Origin: the human T2T-CHM13v2.0 reference genome, Homo sapiens
NCBI RefSeq assembly: GCF_009914755.1
Contig: NC_060931.1
Reading direction: 5' to 3' (one strand)
DNA length: 64,000 bases
Shown here: positions 1 to 16,794 of the stretch, in pieces
Layout: every line of letters starts with the position of its first letter
Position numbering within the stretch: the first letter of the stretch is position 1
Notes under the pieces: generated by a model
The model's database searches: none
Told to the model about the DNA's origin: nothing
Seen by the model: the letters and a program-made list of their open reading frames with translations, nothing else
Program-made: the position numbers and the translations under genes

Positions 1-260
1 AGAATGAATAAGAATTACTATTTGGTAGCACAACAGGGTGACTATAGTAATAATAACATAATTGTACATTTTAAAATAACTTAAAAAGTGTAATTGGATC
101 CTTTGCAACTCAATGGATAAATGCTTGAGGGGATGGATACCTCATTCTCCATGATGTGCTAATTTCACATTGCATGCCTGTATCAAAACACCTCATATTC
201 CCCAGAAATATATACACCTACTAGGAACCCACAAAAGTTAAAAATAATAAGTAAATAAAA
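1..260 (+). mobile_element. L1MA-type LINE-1 3' end
   Basis: L1MA 3'UTR motifs (GCACAACAGGGTGACTATAG, GGATAAATGCTTGAGGGGATGGATAC) ending in an A-rich tail. Confidence 0.8.
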
Positions 261-321
261 GTGGGTGATTAAAATATATTTTTAAAACTGAAGTACCTGG
301 TTATAAACACCCCTCTGTTAA

Positions 322-620
322 GATTTATTTATTTATTTAGAGACAGAGTTTCATTTTGCTGCCCAGGATGGAGTGCAGTGGCACAATCTCGGCTCACTGC
401 AACTCTGCTTCCCAGGTTCAAGAAATTCTCGTGCCTCACCCTCCCAAGTAGCTAGGATTACAGGCATGCACCACCACACCTGGCTAATTTTTGTGTTTTT
501 AGTAGAGACAGGGTTTTGCCCTGTTGGCCAGGCTAGTTTTCAACTCCTGGCCTCAAGTGATCCACCCACCTTGGCCTCCCAACGTGCTGGGATTACAGGC
601 GTGAGCCACCACCCCCAACC
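322..620 (-). mobile_element. Alu (AluS/J)
   Basis: Dimeric Alu in reverse orientation with (ATTT)n tail. Confidence 0.95.
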
Positions 621-1049
621 TAAGTTTTATTTTATTTTTATGGAAAATGAGTAATATATTTATTTTGGCTACTTTTTGCTGAAAAGGTGTGTAGTTGTGG
701 GGGCATGGAATGGAACCTGGAGTTGAACCCTGAGTGGAAAGTATTTGTGAGTCCTTGGGCTTACAGAAGAGATTACTGGAGCATTATGGTGAGTGTGTAA
801 TAGCAATATAGTTCACAGTGGAGGAACAAACCTATCTCTAGAATCATGGCTAAAATTATGAGTAATTTTTTTTTTATCAGGAGAAGCCTGATCTAAATCA
901 TGAGGAAAGCCGTTGATTTTAGGGCATTGTGGGATGAGACATAGCATTAATTTTCCTGTGTATGTCTTAGACGCTGAGGATATGTTTTCGGAGTTACCCA
1001 GGATGTGCATACGGCATTTATTCTTATAGTGCATGTTTTTCACTGTCAA

Positions 1050-2428
<1,379 letters not shown>

Positions 2429-2747
2429 TTCTCCCCCTTCTGGCCAAGATTTGCCAGAGGCAACATTACTGGTCAAACTTTTACTTTGTCTCACAGCACT
2501 GTGTGGTGGTGTGGCTACTGGCCCCAGGTCCATCATGTACCTCAGTGGGACCCCTATGGCCAAGGGACTTCGAGTAAAAAGAATTATAGTCAATTAAATG
2601 TTCTAGACAAAATGGGAATGGAGATGGGCAGGCATCTATTAACCTTAAAATCCTTTAAGTAATAGAAAAGCCAAAAGTCAAGGTTATGAAACTGACTTAT
2701 TTATAAATTTAATGAATTGAGCTACTGTAATCTTGGCTTAATTAGTT

Positions 2748-2785
2748 TTATATATATATTTTATTTATATATATAGTTGTTTTGT

Positions 2786-2844
<59 letters not shown>

Positions 2845-3135
2845 GTTTTGTTTTGAGTCAGAGTCTCACTCTGTTGCCCAGGCTGGAGTGCAGTGGGGCA
2901 ATCTTGGCTCACCACAACCTCTGCCTCCTGGGTTCAAGTAATTCTCATGCTTCAGCCTCCTGAGTAGCTAGACTACAGGCATGCGCCACCGCACCCGACT
3001 AATTTTTGTATTTTTAGTAGAGGCAAAGTTTCACCTTGTTGACTGGGCTGGTCTTGAACTCCTGACCTCAGGTGATCCACCGGCCTCAGCCTCCCCAAGT
3101 CCTAGGATTACAGGCATGAGCCACTGCAACTGGCC
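2748..3135 (-). mobile_element. AluS with (TA)n microsatellite in its tail
   Basis: Alu body ~2853-3135; long (TA)n run to 2841; TAATTAGT on both flanks. Confidence 0.9.
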
Positions 3136-4550
3136 TAATTAGTCATATTTTAAAAAGTATTTTGTTAAAACTATTTAAGCTAAAGAATTTAGAGACTTTT
3201 ATTGTATCACCATGAATTTTGAGGTCTTTTTAGTAATCTGTCCTAAGGTGGCTGATTAAAAAAAAATTTAATATATATCTGAAGCAGGAAATTCTTTATG
3301 GTTGAAATGGATGGAAAGGGGCCACATAATGGCCCAGGAGGCAAAATTCCAGCTGTTCAGGCATCTATGTGCCTGTCCTTGATTTAGAGAATCTAAACTA
3401 ATTTTATTGCTCAAAATCAGCCCTTATAATCTTACACACCTACCTATTCCGCAATAGTCCCTGGGCCTAGAGGGAAGGTGTTTACACAGTTTTAGCAGCA
3501 GGGCATTAGCAATGAAAATATATTAGGCCCAGTGAGATTCTAAATGTTTTTAAATTTTGGAGATAGCAGGTAGAATCTTTGTTGTTTTATCTAATTTTGT
3601 AAACTAGGTATAAAATTAGCAACATTGTAAACAAAAAAGACGTAAGCACTGCTTAGCTCTGACAATAATAGGAGAAAGGAAACTCACAGGTAGATAAATA
3701 AATCATCTAGTATGAAGACATAGAATAAATATATTAATTTAGATAGACAAAAATATTAAAGGGATATTATGCCTTTGTATTACCATATAGGCCTGATCTA
3801 GTGTCACATGAAAGCAGTTTATTTTGATTGGTGCCTTTTCCTGGGTCTAAAGATGAGGCTTTGGTTAACTTGACTTTGGTGTCAGATACTAGCATTGATG
3901 TTTAAGATTCGGTAGGAGCCAGATTCCCAGGAGTCAAAGCCCTGGAACTTAACAGCGCAAGGGTTAGTTAACAATATTTGATAAAGACCTTTTATTTAAT
4001 GAGGCTGGAGGAATTATCTCAACTGATATCTAATCATTAGGCTGGAGGTGATGATACTAGGGTTTATGACTTAGAAGCTGTAGAAAGATTCTACAACAAT
4101 GGAGTGATTAATATTTATATTTTTGATAATCCCCCAGCAATAAATCTAAGTCAAAGACACTTTAGGATTCAATTTGGGATTCAATTTTTTGAGAAGGTTT
4201 GTCAAAAGATGTTGAAAGCCTCAAAACATTTTATTAAAATAGAATTATAGGTCATTAGAAAATAATATTTATTTAACCAGAGTGACAATTAAAAGATGTT
4301 AAAAGCAAGAAAGAAAGTTATATGGATGTAAAAACCTTAACCCTTTTAAAGTTTTTTTTTAAGTAATATTTTCCTAATAAACGCAACACAGGAATCATCT
4401 TCATACAACGTAAAATCTTTGTTTCTTAGGCTAGTTATCAAAAAGGTTAAAAAAGAAAAGAAAAAAAAAAAAAACCTTCGCCAGTGATTGTTTTTCCTTA
4501 TGGGAAACCCATTTGGATAACCTCAAAGTCAAACATGGGAAAAACCATCA

Positions 4551-5434
4551 GGAGGGGGTTTCTGGAGTTAATCAGGGATATGTTTGGAGGAAGCATGTGT
4601 AGGCATGCATAAACATGCATAAACATGTCTTTTATTATCATTATGTCCATTAAGCATGAGTGAAATAGCACCTTGTGGTTGTAAATGCTCTCTCATGACT
4701 TTCAATTTAAGTCCAGTTACAACTGAGTTGGCTGGGTCCAGGCTCCCGCCATGCTGGATCATAGCATCCCCAAATTTAAAAAAAATACCAAGTGCATGGC
4801 AGTGCTCCCATGAGTTGTCATGAGTTGATTAGTCACTAATCCATGGAGATGTCTTATTTAAGGAGAACGTGTGAGCATTCTCAATGAACATGGCCCTAAA
4901 GTAAGAACCAGATGCCAGGTATAGTTTCAGTACAGTCACCCCCAAGCGTGAATGGGTCCAGAACAAGAAGGGTAGTACTTCCCGAGTGGGTTGTTGGTTT
5001 CGTGAAGTTCGGTAGTCAAGAAATTAGGTTGGAGGTGATAAGCATGTTGACAAGAAATGACTTTACTTGGATGCACTATGTATGATAAATGACTAAATGT
5101 ACTATGCAATATTAAGGAGTTATTGAGGTGGACAATAGATATACGCACGAGTTCTGTTTCATGGGAGGTTAATAGAATATCTGATAAGTCGATATAAAGT
5201 TGTTATATAAAGTTATACTTGCTTAATATTCATGCAGACAGGAGTTTCATGTATGATAATGCATAGATGTATAACATACAGTTAAGCATATATGGTACTG
5301 CTACATTAATTTATGTGGTTGAGCAGGAATGCATGATGTACATAGTAATACCATTGTCACAGCATTAATTCTGTGAGTTTCTTTGATACTGACATAGCAG
5401 TTAAAATAAAATTATTGCACCTTAAGTAAAGAAT
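4551..5434 (-). other. NUMT mitochondrial control region (ETAS, central domain, CSB1, CSB2-like C tract)
   Basis: CSB1-like ATGCTTAATGGACATAAT (~4640-4657, -); central conserved blocks ~4840-5005; TACAT-rich TAS-like sequence ~5070-5350. Confidence 0.9.
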
Positions 5435-5435
5435 T

Positions 5436-5502
5436 CAGGGAATAATTTAAGTAGAATTTCAGCTTTGGGTGCTGGCAGTGGAGTGGGAGGCTTCTTTCCA
5501 GA
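5436..5502 (+). pseudogene. mt-tRNA-Pro pseudogene
   Basis: CAGGGAATAATTTAAGTAGAATTTCAGCTTTGGGTGCTG with TGG anticodon, in the expected position. Confidence 0.9.
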
Positions 5503-5505
5503 AAT

Positions 5506-5574
5506 TGTCCTGGGAAGGTAGAGGCCCTCCATTTTGGGTTTACAAGACCCAAATGTATAATGTACAACAAGGAC
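5506..5574 (-). pseudogene. mt-tRNA-Thr pseudogene
   Basis: Reverse complement GTCCTTGTTGTACA...GGTCTTGTAAACC with TGT anticodon. Confidence 0.9.
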
Positions 5575-5575
5575 T

Positions 5576-6707
5576 TCTTCATTTAAGTAACTTGTTTTCA
5601 GTTAGACTAGTAAATGGTATACAAAAAAATAAAGGATGAGGGAGAAGTATGCAATGCATGCTGTTTGACCGATGATTATGAAGAGGTGTTCAATGGGTAG
5701 GCCTCTGATTCATGTGAGTGTGAGAAGATCTGCTACTAGGATTCAAAATAGGCATTGACTTAATGGTCAAAATATTATACTTTGTTGTTTGGACATGTGA
5801 AGTATTGGGACAATGGCTAGGGTAAGAATGGAGAGAACGAGGGCTAGTAGGCCCATAGTTTCTTGGGAACAGAGCATAAGATTGTGCAGGCAAAAAAGAA
5901 AAGAATCACTCTGGTTTAATATGGGGCGGTGTGTTGAGGGGGTTTGCTGGGGTATTGTTGTCTGGATCGCCTAACAGGTCAGGTGAAAATAGAACTAATA
6001 TAATTAATAGCAGTAGTAGAATTAGGCCTAAAATGTCTTTGATTGTAAAATGAGGCTGAAAAGGGATTTTATCAGAATCTGATGAAATTCCCAAGGAGTT
6101 ATTAGACACTGTTACATGGAGAAATAAAAGGTGGATGGCTTCTAGGGCTGCAATGATTAAGGGTAAAATGAAGTAGAGGCAAAGAATCATGTGAGGGTAG
6201 TTTTATCAACAGAAAACACACCTCAGATTCATTGTACTAGGTCAGTGCCAGTGTATGGAATAGTGACAGCAGATTGGTGATTACTGTTGCAACTCAAAAA
6301 GATATTTGTCCTCATGGCAAGATGTAACCTATAAATGCTGTTGCTATTACCACAAATAATAGGAAAATACCAACATGTCAGGTTTCTAGAAGAGTATAAG
6401 ATCCATACTATAGGCCTCATCCTACATGTCAGAATAAACACATAAAGAATATTGAGGCTCTGTTGGCATGTAGATACCAAATAATTCAGCTGGAATTCAC
6501 CTCTCAGCAGATGTGTGTGATGGAGGAGACAGCAGTTATTGTGTCTGATGTGTAATGCATGGCTAGGAATAGTCCTGTAATGATTTGTCGGGCCAGGCAA
6601 ACACCTGGAAGTGAGCCAAAATTTCACCATGTGGAAATATTTGATGGTGCCATCAATGAATGAGTGGTTAAGGATTTTTATTAAGGGGTGAGTTTCTTGG
6701 ATGTTGG
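5576..6707 (-). pseudogene. Cytochrome b nuclear pseudogene (MT-CYB-like), frameshifted, start codon lost
   Basis: Mitochondrial-code translation gives [50 protein letters not shown] and ENKLLKW-stop. Confidence 0.97.
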
Positions 6708-6742
6708 GTTCGTACAGTTGAAATACAATGATGATTTTTCAT
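6708..6742 (+). pseudogene. mt-tRNA-Glu 5' half
   Basis: GTTCGTACAGTTGAAATACAATGATGATTTTTCAT, truncated just after the TTC anticodon (6738-6740). Confidence 0.85.
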
Positions 6743-6942
6743 GGTTGGGGGGTTGTGGAGTTAATCGAGAATATGTTTAAGGAAAGTGTGCGTAGACATG
6801 CATACAGAAGGAATTAATCAGGAACAGGAAGAGCATGTCCAGGGTTGAGTAGACATTATATTATAAAGACCCTGAACAGGGAAACATGTGACTCAGCAAC
6901 AGCAGGGGAAATTGCCTGGTTGTATTGAACATTTTAGACATA

Positions 6943-7547
6943 TATTGGTGCTCTGAAAAATAATGCCCCAAAATGGAAGCCTCAGGAGCAGCCTCAGAAG
7001 TAGAAGTTTTTCTTTGGCTTTCTCTTGCCATTCCATCTCTCAGTCCCATTTTCCCTCAAGGCTGGCCATAGCAACTAGGATCTCTCTTCCCTAAAGTGGG
7101 TCCTAGAAACCTGAACTCATTTTCCTCAAAACCAGCCATAAAACCTAAAAACTATTACTCTAACTTTTCTTTGCCTTTCTGTGTAAGAATGTGGCCATAA
7201 ACAAATAATCTAACCTTTCTAGTTGGACTGTAGGTCATAAGATCACATAGCCAGAAGGAAGGAAATGCATGCACAGGGAGGTAAGGAAGAGTTTAGACAG
7301 ACAGGCCTTGCCGGGTAGTCTACTAGCATTAAATTACACCCTTTTGTTTAATTATACTTTTATATGGCTGTCCATGTCTTGTTGAACCCAAGCATAAAAA
7401 CGAACAATTTCCTCTGTACCTTAGGCTTTTATTCTGAAAACTCCCACATATATACTCTAAACAAATTTGTATATCTTTTTCTCCATCAATCTATCTTTTG
7501 TGACTTGATTTTTTTGGCAAAACTTCAGAGGGCCTCTGGTCCCTAAA
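6943..7547 (+). mobile_element. MER39/MER34-family solo LTR
   Basis: Start resembles TGTTGGGGCTCAGAAAAC..ACCCCAAAATG; internal CCAGCCATAAAACCTAAAAA and GACAGACAGGCCTTG. Confidence 0.6.
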
Positions 7548-8130
7548 ACATATTAAGAAAAAACAAGAATATAGACTTAAGTTAAATCAGAGTAAAACAT
7601 TGCCTTTTTAAAACCTTCAAGATAAAACATTTCAGCATCAGGCCATAACAACAGATTTAGAACTAGAGTAGGGGAAGAAATGTTACAGGAGCCCACAAAA
7701 GTTGAAGGAGAGAGTTAATATTCCAGGCCTTTTCAAAGGGAGAGAGGCTGAAAGCAGCAGGGTACAGCAGAAGGTGAACTTCTGAGATATCAATTTGAGA
7801 AATTTGAAAAGAAACAGATAACAGAAAGGAAACTTGTTGCAATTTCATTAAGAGTAAATAAATAAGAAAATCTTATTGTTTTCATCAGTTCTTTGGTTTT
7901 GTACTAGTTTATTTTTAATATCAAAACCCAATCTCTAGAAAGACAAATTTTCTTTTAATTAAAGCCAACTTAATCACATATAAAACTTATTTTATACATT
8001 CTCTTTTTATAAACTTTATGACAATTTACACAGACCATTTGTGATATGCTTGGACTTTGTGTTTTGTCCTAAAAATGACCCTTTCTTAAATAATCAGTCG
8101 TTTTACTTTAGGACAAACTTTACCATGTAA

Positions 8131-8526
<396 letters not shown>

Positions 8527-9402
8527 TAATTTTCTTTATTAAAAATGTATCTTTATAACTTTCTTCACATCTCTCTCACTTACTGGTTCCTTTACTTACT
8601 GGTTTCATGAAAAATCTTTAACTTTTGAATTAGACAAAAATTATTTTCCTTTTAATAAGAACACACTTTTTGTCTTTCTTATAACTTTTTTATTTAAAAC
8701 ACATTTCATTTTGGCACATTTTATATGCAGAATTATGTATTAACTAGAATTTTTATTTTTAGTAATGTTAAATTTTTGTGAATAGCTAGGAAGTAAGAAA
8801 TATTGAATTGTCTGTTACATTAGCATTTTATAGATAAGAATCTTTGATAATTAATTTTTATAGAAAAAAGTTTTTCTATAATTTTAATTGGAAATGACCA
8901 AGACATTTAATGAATATGTATTATGTAATTTAATATAACTTTAAGATGTTAAATTATATGACAAGTTTATTTATATGCATTTTATTCTATTCATTTTATT
9001 TTTCATAGTTTACCTAGGTTATTTATGAAAACTGGGATATTAGACAAAGCTAGTCATTATTTAAAGTTATTCCCCTGTTAACCATTTTAATAGCCTATGA
9101 ATATCATATATTTACCCAAGTCAGAATCTTAAGGTTAAATAAATGGGTATTTTTTTATTTTTATTTTTTTGCCAATAGCTTAGGATTTAGCTGTTCTTAT
9201 TAAGCCAACAATATTAAATGTTTTATTTATCAAAAATTACATGAACAAAGATTGGGGCTGGGTTTGCAGTTTTATAACCTTTGTGCCAAACCTTGACACC
9301 TTATAATTCATAGCAGAGATAAATATGAAGCCACTTGACTAATAAACCTAGACAAAAATGTATACTGACAATTTTGAAGACAAAAACAATGTCTTCAAAA
9401 TC

Positions 9403-9531
9403 ATCACCCAGACTGAAGTACAGTGTCATGAACACAGCTGACCGCAGCCTTGACCTTGTGGGCTCAAGTGATCCTCTTACCTCAGCCACTTGAGTAGCTG
9501 GGACCACAGACATGCACCACCATGCCTGGCT
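9403..9531 (-). mobile_element. AluJ/FRAM monomer fragment
   Basis: Single Alu arm. Confidence 0.8.
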
Positions 9532-9900
9532 AAACAATAATTTTAAGGCTAGCTTATTTATTAAATATTTATTTGTCATGTGAACTTGAAAGCTTTTGGA
9601 CTTGCTTAATCTATGAGTATTCATTTACATATAAGCAAATTTGGTAGCATGCTAGACACAATATATAATGCGTATATACACATATATAGAAACACATTTA
9701 AACAAGCATACACACACACACAAGTAAAGATCCATTCGCTTTACCTCAGAACTTTAGCCATGAGACAGCATCACAATCTCATCAGCCTATAAAAGGTAGC
9801 TGGATCTAAATTATTTCTGACAAAATTGGGGCCTGTCTACATGGCTAAATTTCATTTGCCCCAGGTAACCCAATGAAGGCTGTGGACCAAAATTTGGGGC

Positions 9901-12941
<3,041 letters not shown>

Positions 12942-13725
12942 ACCATGTGCCATCTTCTCTATTCGGCCCTGAGGATACAATAGTGAATAAGACAGACAAG
13001 ATTTCTGCTCTCAAGGAACTCACAGTCTAGGGAAAAAAATATAAAGAAATTACTTCTTTGCCATATGCAAGTATGCGTGCTACTGTTATGAGTTGAACTG
13101 TGTCTCCCAAAAAGCTTTGTTGAAATCCTAATCCTCAGTGAATGTGACCTTATTTGGAAATAGTATCTTTGCCGATGTAATCAAGATAAGATGAGGTCAT
13201 TAGGGTGGGCTTTACGAGAAGAGAGGAGGCTCAGAAAGACACAGGAGAGATTTTCCTATGAAGACTGGCTGATATTGGAGAGAAGCATCTATAAGCCAGG
13301 GAATACCAAGGGTTGCCAACAACTACTGGAAGGTAGGGAGAGGCAAAGAAGGATCCCCCCTTATAGGTTTCAGAGGGAGCATGGCCTTGCTGACACCTTG
13401 ATTCCAAACTTCCAGCCTCCAGAACTGTGCAAGATTAAATTCATGCTGTTTTAAGCCATCCTGCTTGTGGTCTATTAGTCACAGCGGCCTTAGGAAACTA
13501 ATACAGCTACTAAGGCAGTGCACAGGAGGAGAGTTGAATGTAATGCAGAGGGTTGACAAAGGATTCCCAGCAGAAATGACATTTAAATTTATAGCAAAAG
13601 AATGTGTAGGATGTAGCCATTGGAGGCAGGAGAGGTGCTCCACTTGGGGAGCGCTGCAGGTCCGAAGGCTCGAGGCAAGAGAGAACACATTGGAGGAATT
13701 GAAGAAATCCTAAATGGCTAAATTA
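12942..13725 (-). mobile_element. L2 fragment interrupted by MLT1
   Basis: GGATACAATAGTGAATAAGACAGAC...GGAACTCACAGTCTAG typical of the L2 3' region. Confidence 0.7.
13084..13505 (+). mobile_element. MLT1B/C solo LTR
   Basis: TG...GGAAACTAATACA termini; 5-bp TSD GCTAC at 13079-13083 and 13506-13510. Confidence 0.85.
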
Positions 13726-13806
13726 CAAAAATGGAATTATTATAAATGACACTGAAGTAGCCATGAAAGAGCACAGTGAACAGATTAAATAAAATTGTTC
13801 ATATAA

Positions 13807-14190
<384 letters not shown>

Positions 14191-14204
14191 ATTGCTTTTA
14201 TTAT

Positions 14205-14426
14205 TTTTAAATTTTATTTTATATTTTATTTATTTAAGACAGGATCTTTCTTCCTCTGTCACCCATGCTGGAGTATAGTGGCATGACAGTAGCTCACTAC
14301 AGCCTCCAACTCTTGGGCTCAAGCAATCCTTCTGACTCGGTCTTCCATAGCTAGGACTACAGGGGCACACGCTGCCTTGGCCTTCCAAAGTGCTAGGATT
14401 GCAGGCTTGAGTCACTGCACCCAGTC
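14205..14426 (-). mobile_element. Internally deleted AluJ
   Basis: Right arm fused directly to the Alu 5' end. Confidence 0.8.
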
Positions 14427-14583
14427 TTGCTTTCATTTTTAATGTTAAGGGATTTTTCAGTTTCTTCTGGTAGAATAGGGTCAGGAGATTGGGCTCCAGA
14501 GGTAGGGAGGAGAAGATCTAGAAGAGGTGCAGCTTTCTGCAGCATGTTCCAGCAACAGGGCACACAGCACCAAGAAGGCGAGG

Positions 14584-14630
14584 CACACACACACATACAC
14601 ATACATACACACACACGCGCGCACACACAC
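14584..14630. repeat. Imperfect (CA)n microsatellite
   Basis: Directly visible. Confidence 0.9.
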
Positions 14631-15464
14631 AAAGGAGATGACAATAAGGAGCTCCTTGTAGCAGATGTTCCCTAGTAACTCCAGATACTGTGATGTCTAG
14701 TAGCCAATTTTAATTTATCTTCCCCCTTACTCACAGAACTTCCATAAGCTTTGTTCACTAGCACAAAGCAAATATCTGTCAGCCAGGTGCTAACCCAACT
14801 CTGAAAAATAAAGGGATGTTGATGTCAGTGTTTGGAGGTAAAATTGATGAGGGATGGTTAAAATCACAAAAAGATTCAAAGACCTCAAAAAGTGGTCAAG
14901 GATAAGCCAAAGGTAAGAGTTCAAGGTGAGAAGGGACAGGCAACAACCAGAAAGTGTGAAATTCTCGTAGTCAGCTTCGGATGAAGACGCTGAATGCTCT
15001 ATGTGGATGCTAGAGGCTTGAGAACACTTAAGTTACACTATGAATACAACCCAAAAATTTGCAATTGAGAAAGCCAATAGGGAGGCAGCAGTACAGACTC
15101 CATTTATGATAAAAACTGCAGAGTTTCTGGTGGGTTAAGGATGGGAAGAAAGAGATAAACCAAAGTCCAAATATGTCTATGTGCTGTAACAAGATTAATA
15201 ATAATGATAACAATGATATAGCTGTTAATGAGAACTGACTGTGTGCCAGGAACAGTTCAATGTATGTTATTTCAGAGGCACATGTATTAATGAAAGGAGC
15301 AGAGAGGATAAGCAACTTGTGCAGTCACAAAGTTTGAAAATTCCATAGCAGACTGCTAGTTATCCTTTCAGCTTTATTCTTCACCACCTCTATGGTAATA
15401 ATAGACATGTGGCTGCCCATCTAGAGGCTACATTTCTCATCCTCCTTTGCAATTAGGTGTGGCT

Positions 15465-15989
15465 GTGCTAAAAAGAGAACATGGAAGGCTTAACATTGCA
15501 ATCCTTAGGAAAACCTGCTTATAAGCTTGGCCCTTGCCTTGTGTCTGGGAATTTGAATAATAAACAGTTCCCTATGTCAAAATAAAACTTTCCCCAAATG
15601 ATAAAAGCACCTAAATGATTTGTACAAACAATATGGTCTATACTAACCACCTGCATTGCTCCTGGGAATCTGAAATTTTAAAATATGCAAAGTAGAGGGT
15701 GTCCCAATAAAAGTCTTGGGCACTGAGTTGCTAATAACTTCCCTGGTGGACACATGTTTTCACAACCCATTGCTGGAGGATTTAAGTGCATCCTGTGTCA
15801 TTGCACTGGAAGAGGACTCTTGGATGCCTGTGCCTGGTTTCCTCCTGAATTCACCCACGTGTGCTTTTGCTGAGTTTCTTTTTTATCCTTTTGCTGCAAT
15901 AAATCATAGCCATGGGTATAACTCTATGCTGAGTCATGTGAGCCCTCCCAGTAAATCCCCAATTCTGAGGGTCTTGGGAACCCCTTACA
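15465..15989 (+). mobile_element. MER68-like ERVL LTR
   Basis: TGTGCTAAAAAGAG start; GCAATAAATCATAGCCATG...GGTCTTGGGAACCCC end. Confidence 0.7.
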
Positions 15990-16169
15990 CAGTGCCTAAG
16001 TTTTCACCAGTGAAATGTGAGTGGAAGTGATGCAAATTTACTTTCACTGGCCTAAACAGAAATTGCTTGCCCTCCATTATGTGTCTTTTATGTTCCTGTA
16101 GATTAGAACATGATTGAAGCAGCAAATCAGCTACAATCACGTGGAAGAAAGCAACACCCATAGTTGCAA

Positions 16170-16350
16170 TGTCCACATGGCACACAGCAGCTTCATGTAT
16201 TATTTAATTTAAAATTTAAATTAGTTAAAATTAAATAAAGTTTAAAATTAAGAACCCCAATTTCACACGTGGCTAGTGGCTATCATATTGAACAGTGAAG
16301 ATACAATACACTTCCATCACTGCAGAAATATCTATTGGATGGCCGTGCCC
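16170..16350. mobile_element. MER3/MER33 hAT-Charlie fragment
   Basis: GTGGCTAGTGGCTATCATATTGAACAG...CTATTGGA. Confidence 0.7.
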
Positions 16351-16794
16351 TAGAGGCTAGTGGAGCAAAAAGATGAATGGAAACTTGGTCACTAAATGAT
16401 CTCATGGAACTGAATAGACTTATCAGCCTAGAACACTAACAATCACTGGACTGTTAGATGATAAATATATTTATATCTTATTTAAACAACTGTATTTGAG
16501 GATATCTTTGTTACAGCACCTTAGCCTATATTTTAACTAACACAGCTTATAATTTATTCTTAATAAGAATCATGCAGAAAGTACAATAATCATGTAGGAC
16601 AGGAGCAGACAGCATGTCTGAGCACAGCTTCCCTTTATGCCTAGGTCTTTTTAATCAGGGCACAAGCCTATTGGTAACAGTATCCACATGACATAAGGTC
16701 TCCCAGAATCTGAAAAGCTCAATTCTTGCTCCAACACTGCCCCTTTTATACTAAGAGCTTGCATCATTATTCAGGAAGAACTTTAAACAATCTA

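Larger units (their letters stand above)
4551..6804 (-). pseudogene. NUMT: control region, tRNA-Pro, tRNA-Thr, CYTB, partial tRNA-Glu and a second control-region piece
   Basis: Mitochondrial gene order and motifs on the - strand, e.g. CACACGTTCTCCTTAAATAAGACATCTC, GCATCTGGTTCTTACTT, and CYTB peptide [12 protein letters not shown]. Confidence 0.97.
15345..16543 (-). mobile_element. Old MLT1 LTR interrupted by MER68 and MER3/33
   Basis: MLT1-like segments at ~15345-15464, ~15991-16150 and ~16350-16543; orientation uncertain. Confidence 0.45.

Noticed and set aside
5906-6630. CYTB-like ORFs as functional genes
   Set aside because: Frameshifts, lost start and TGA-Trp codons in a nuclear context
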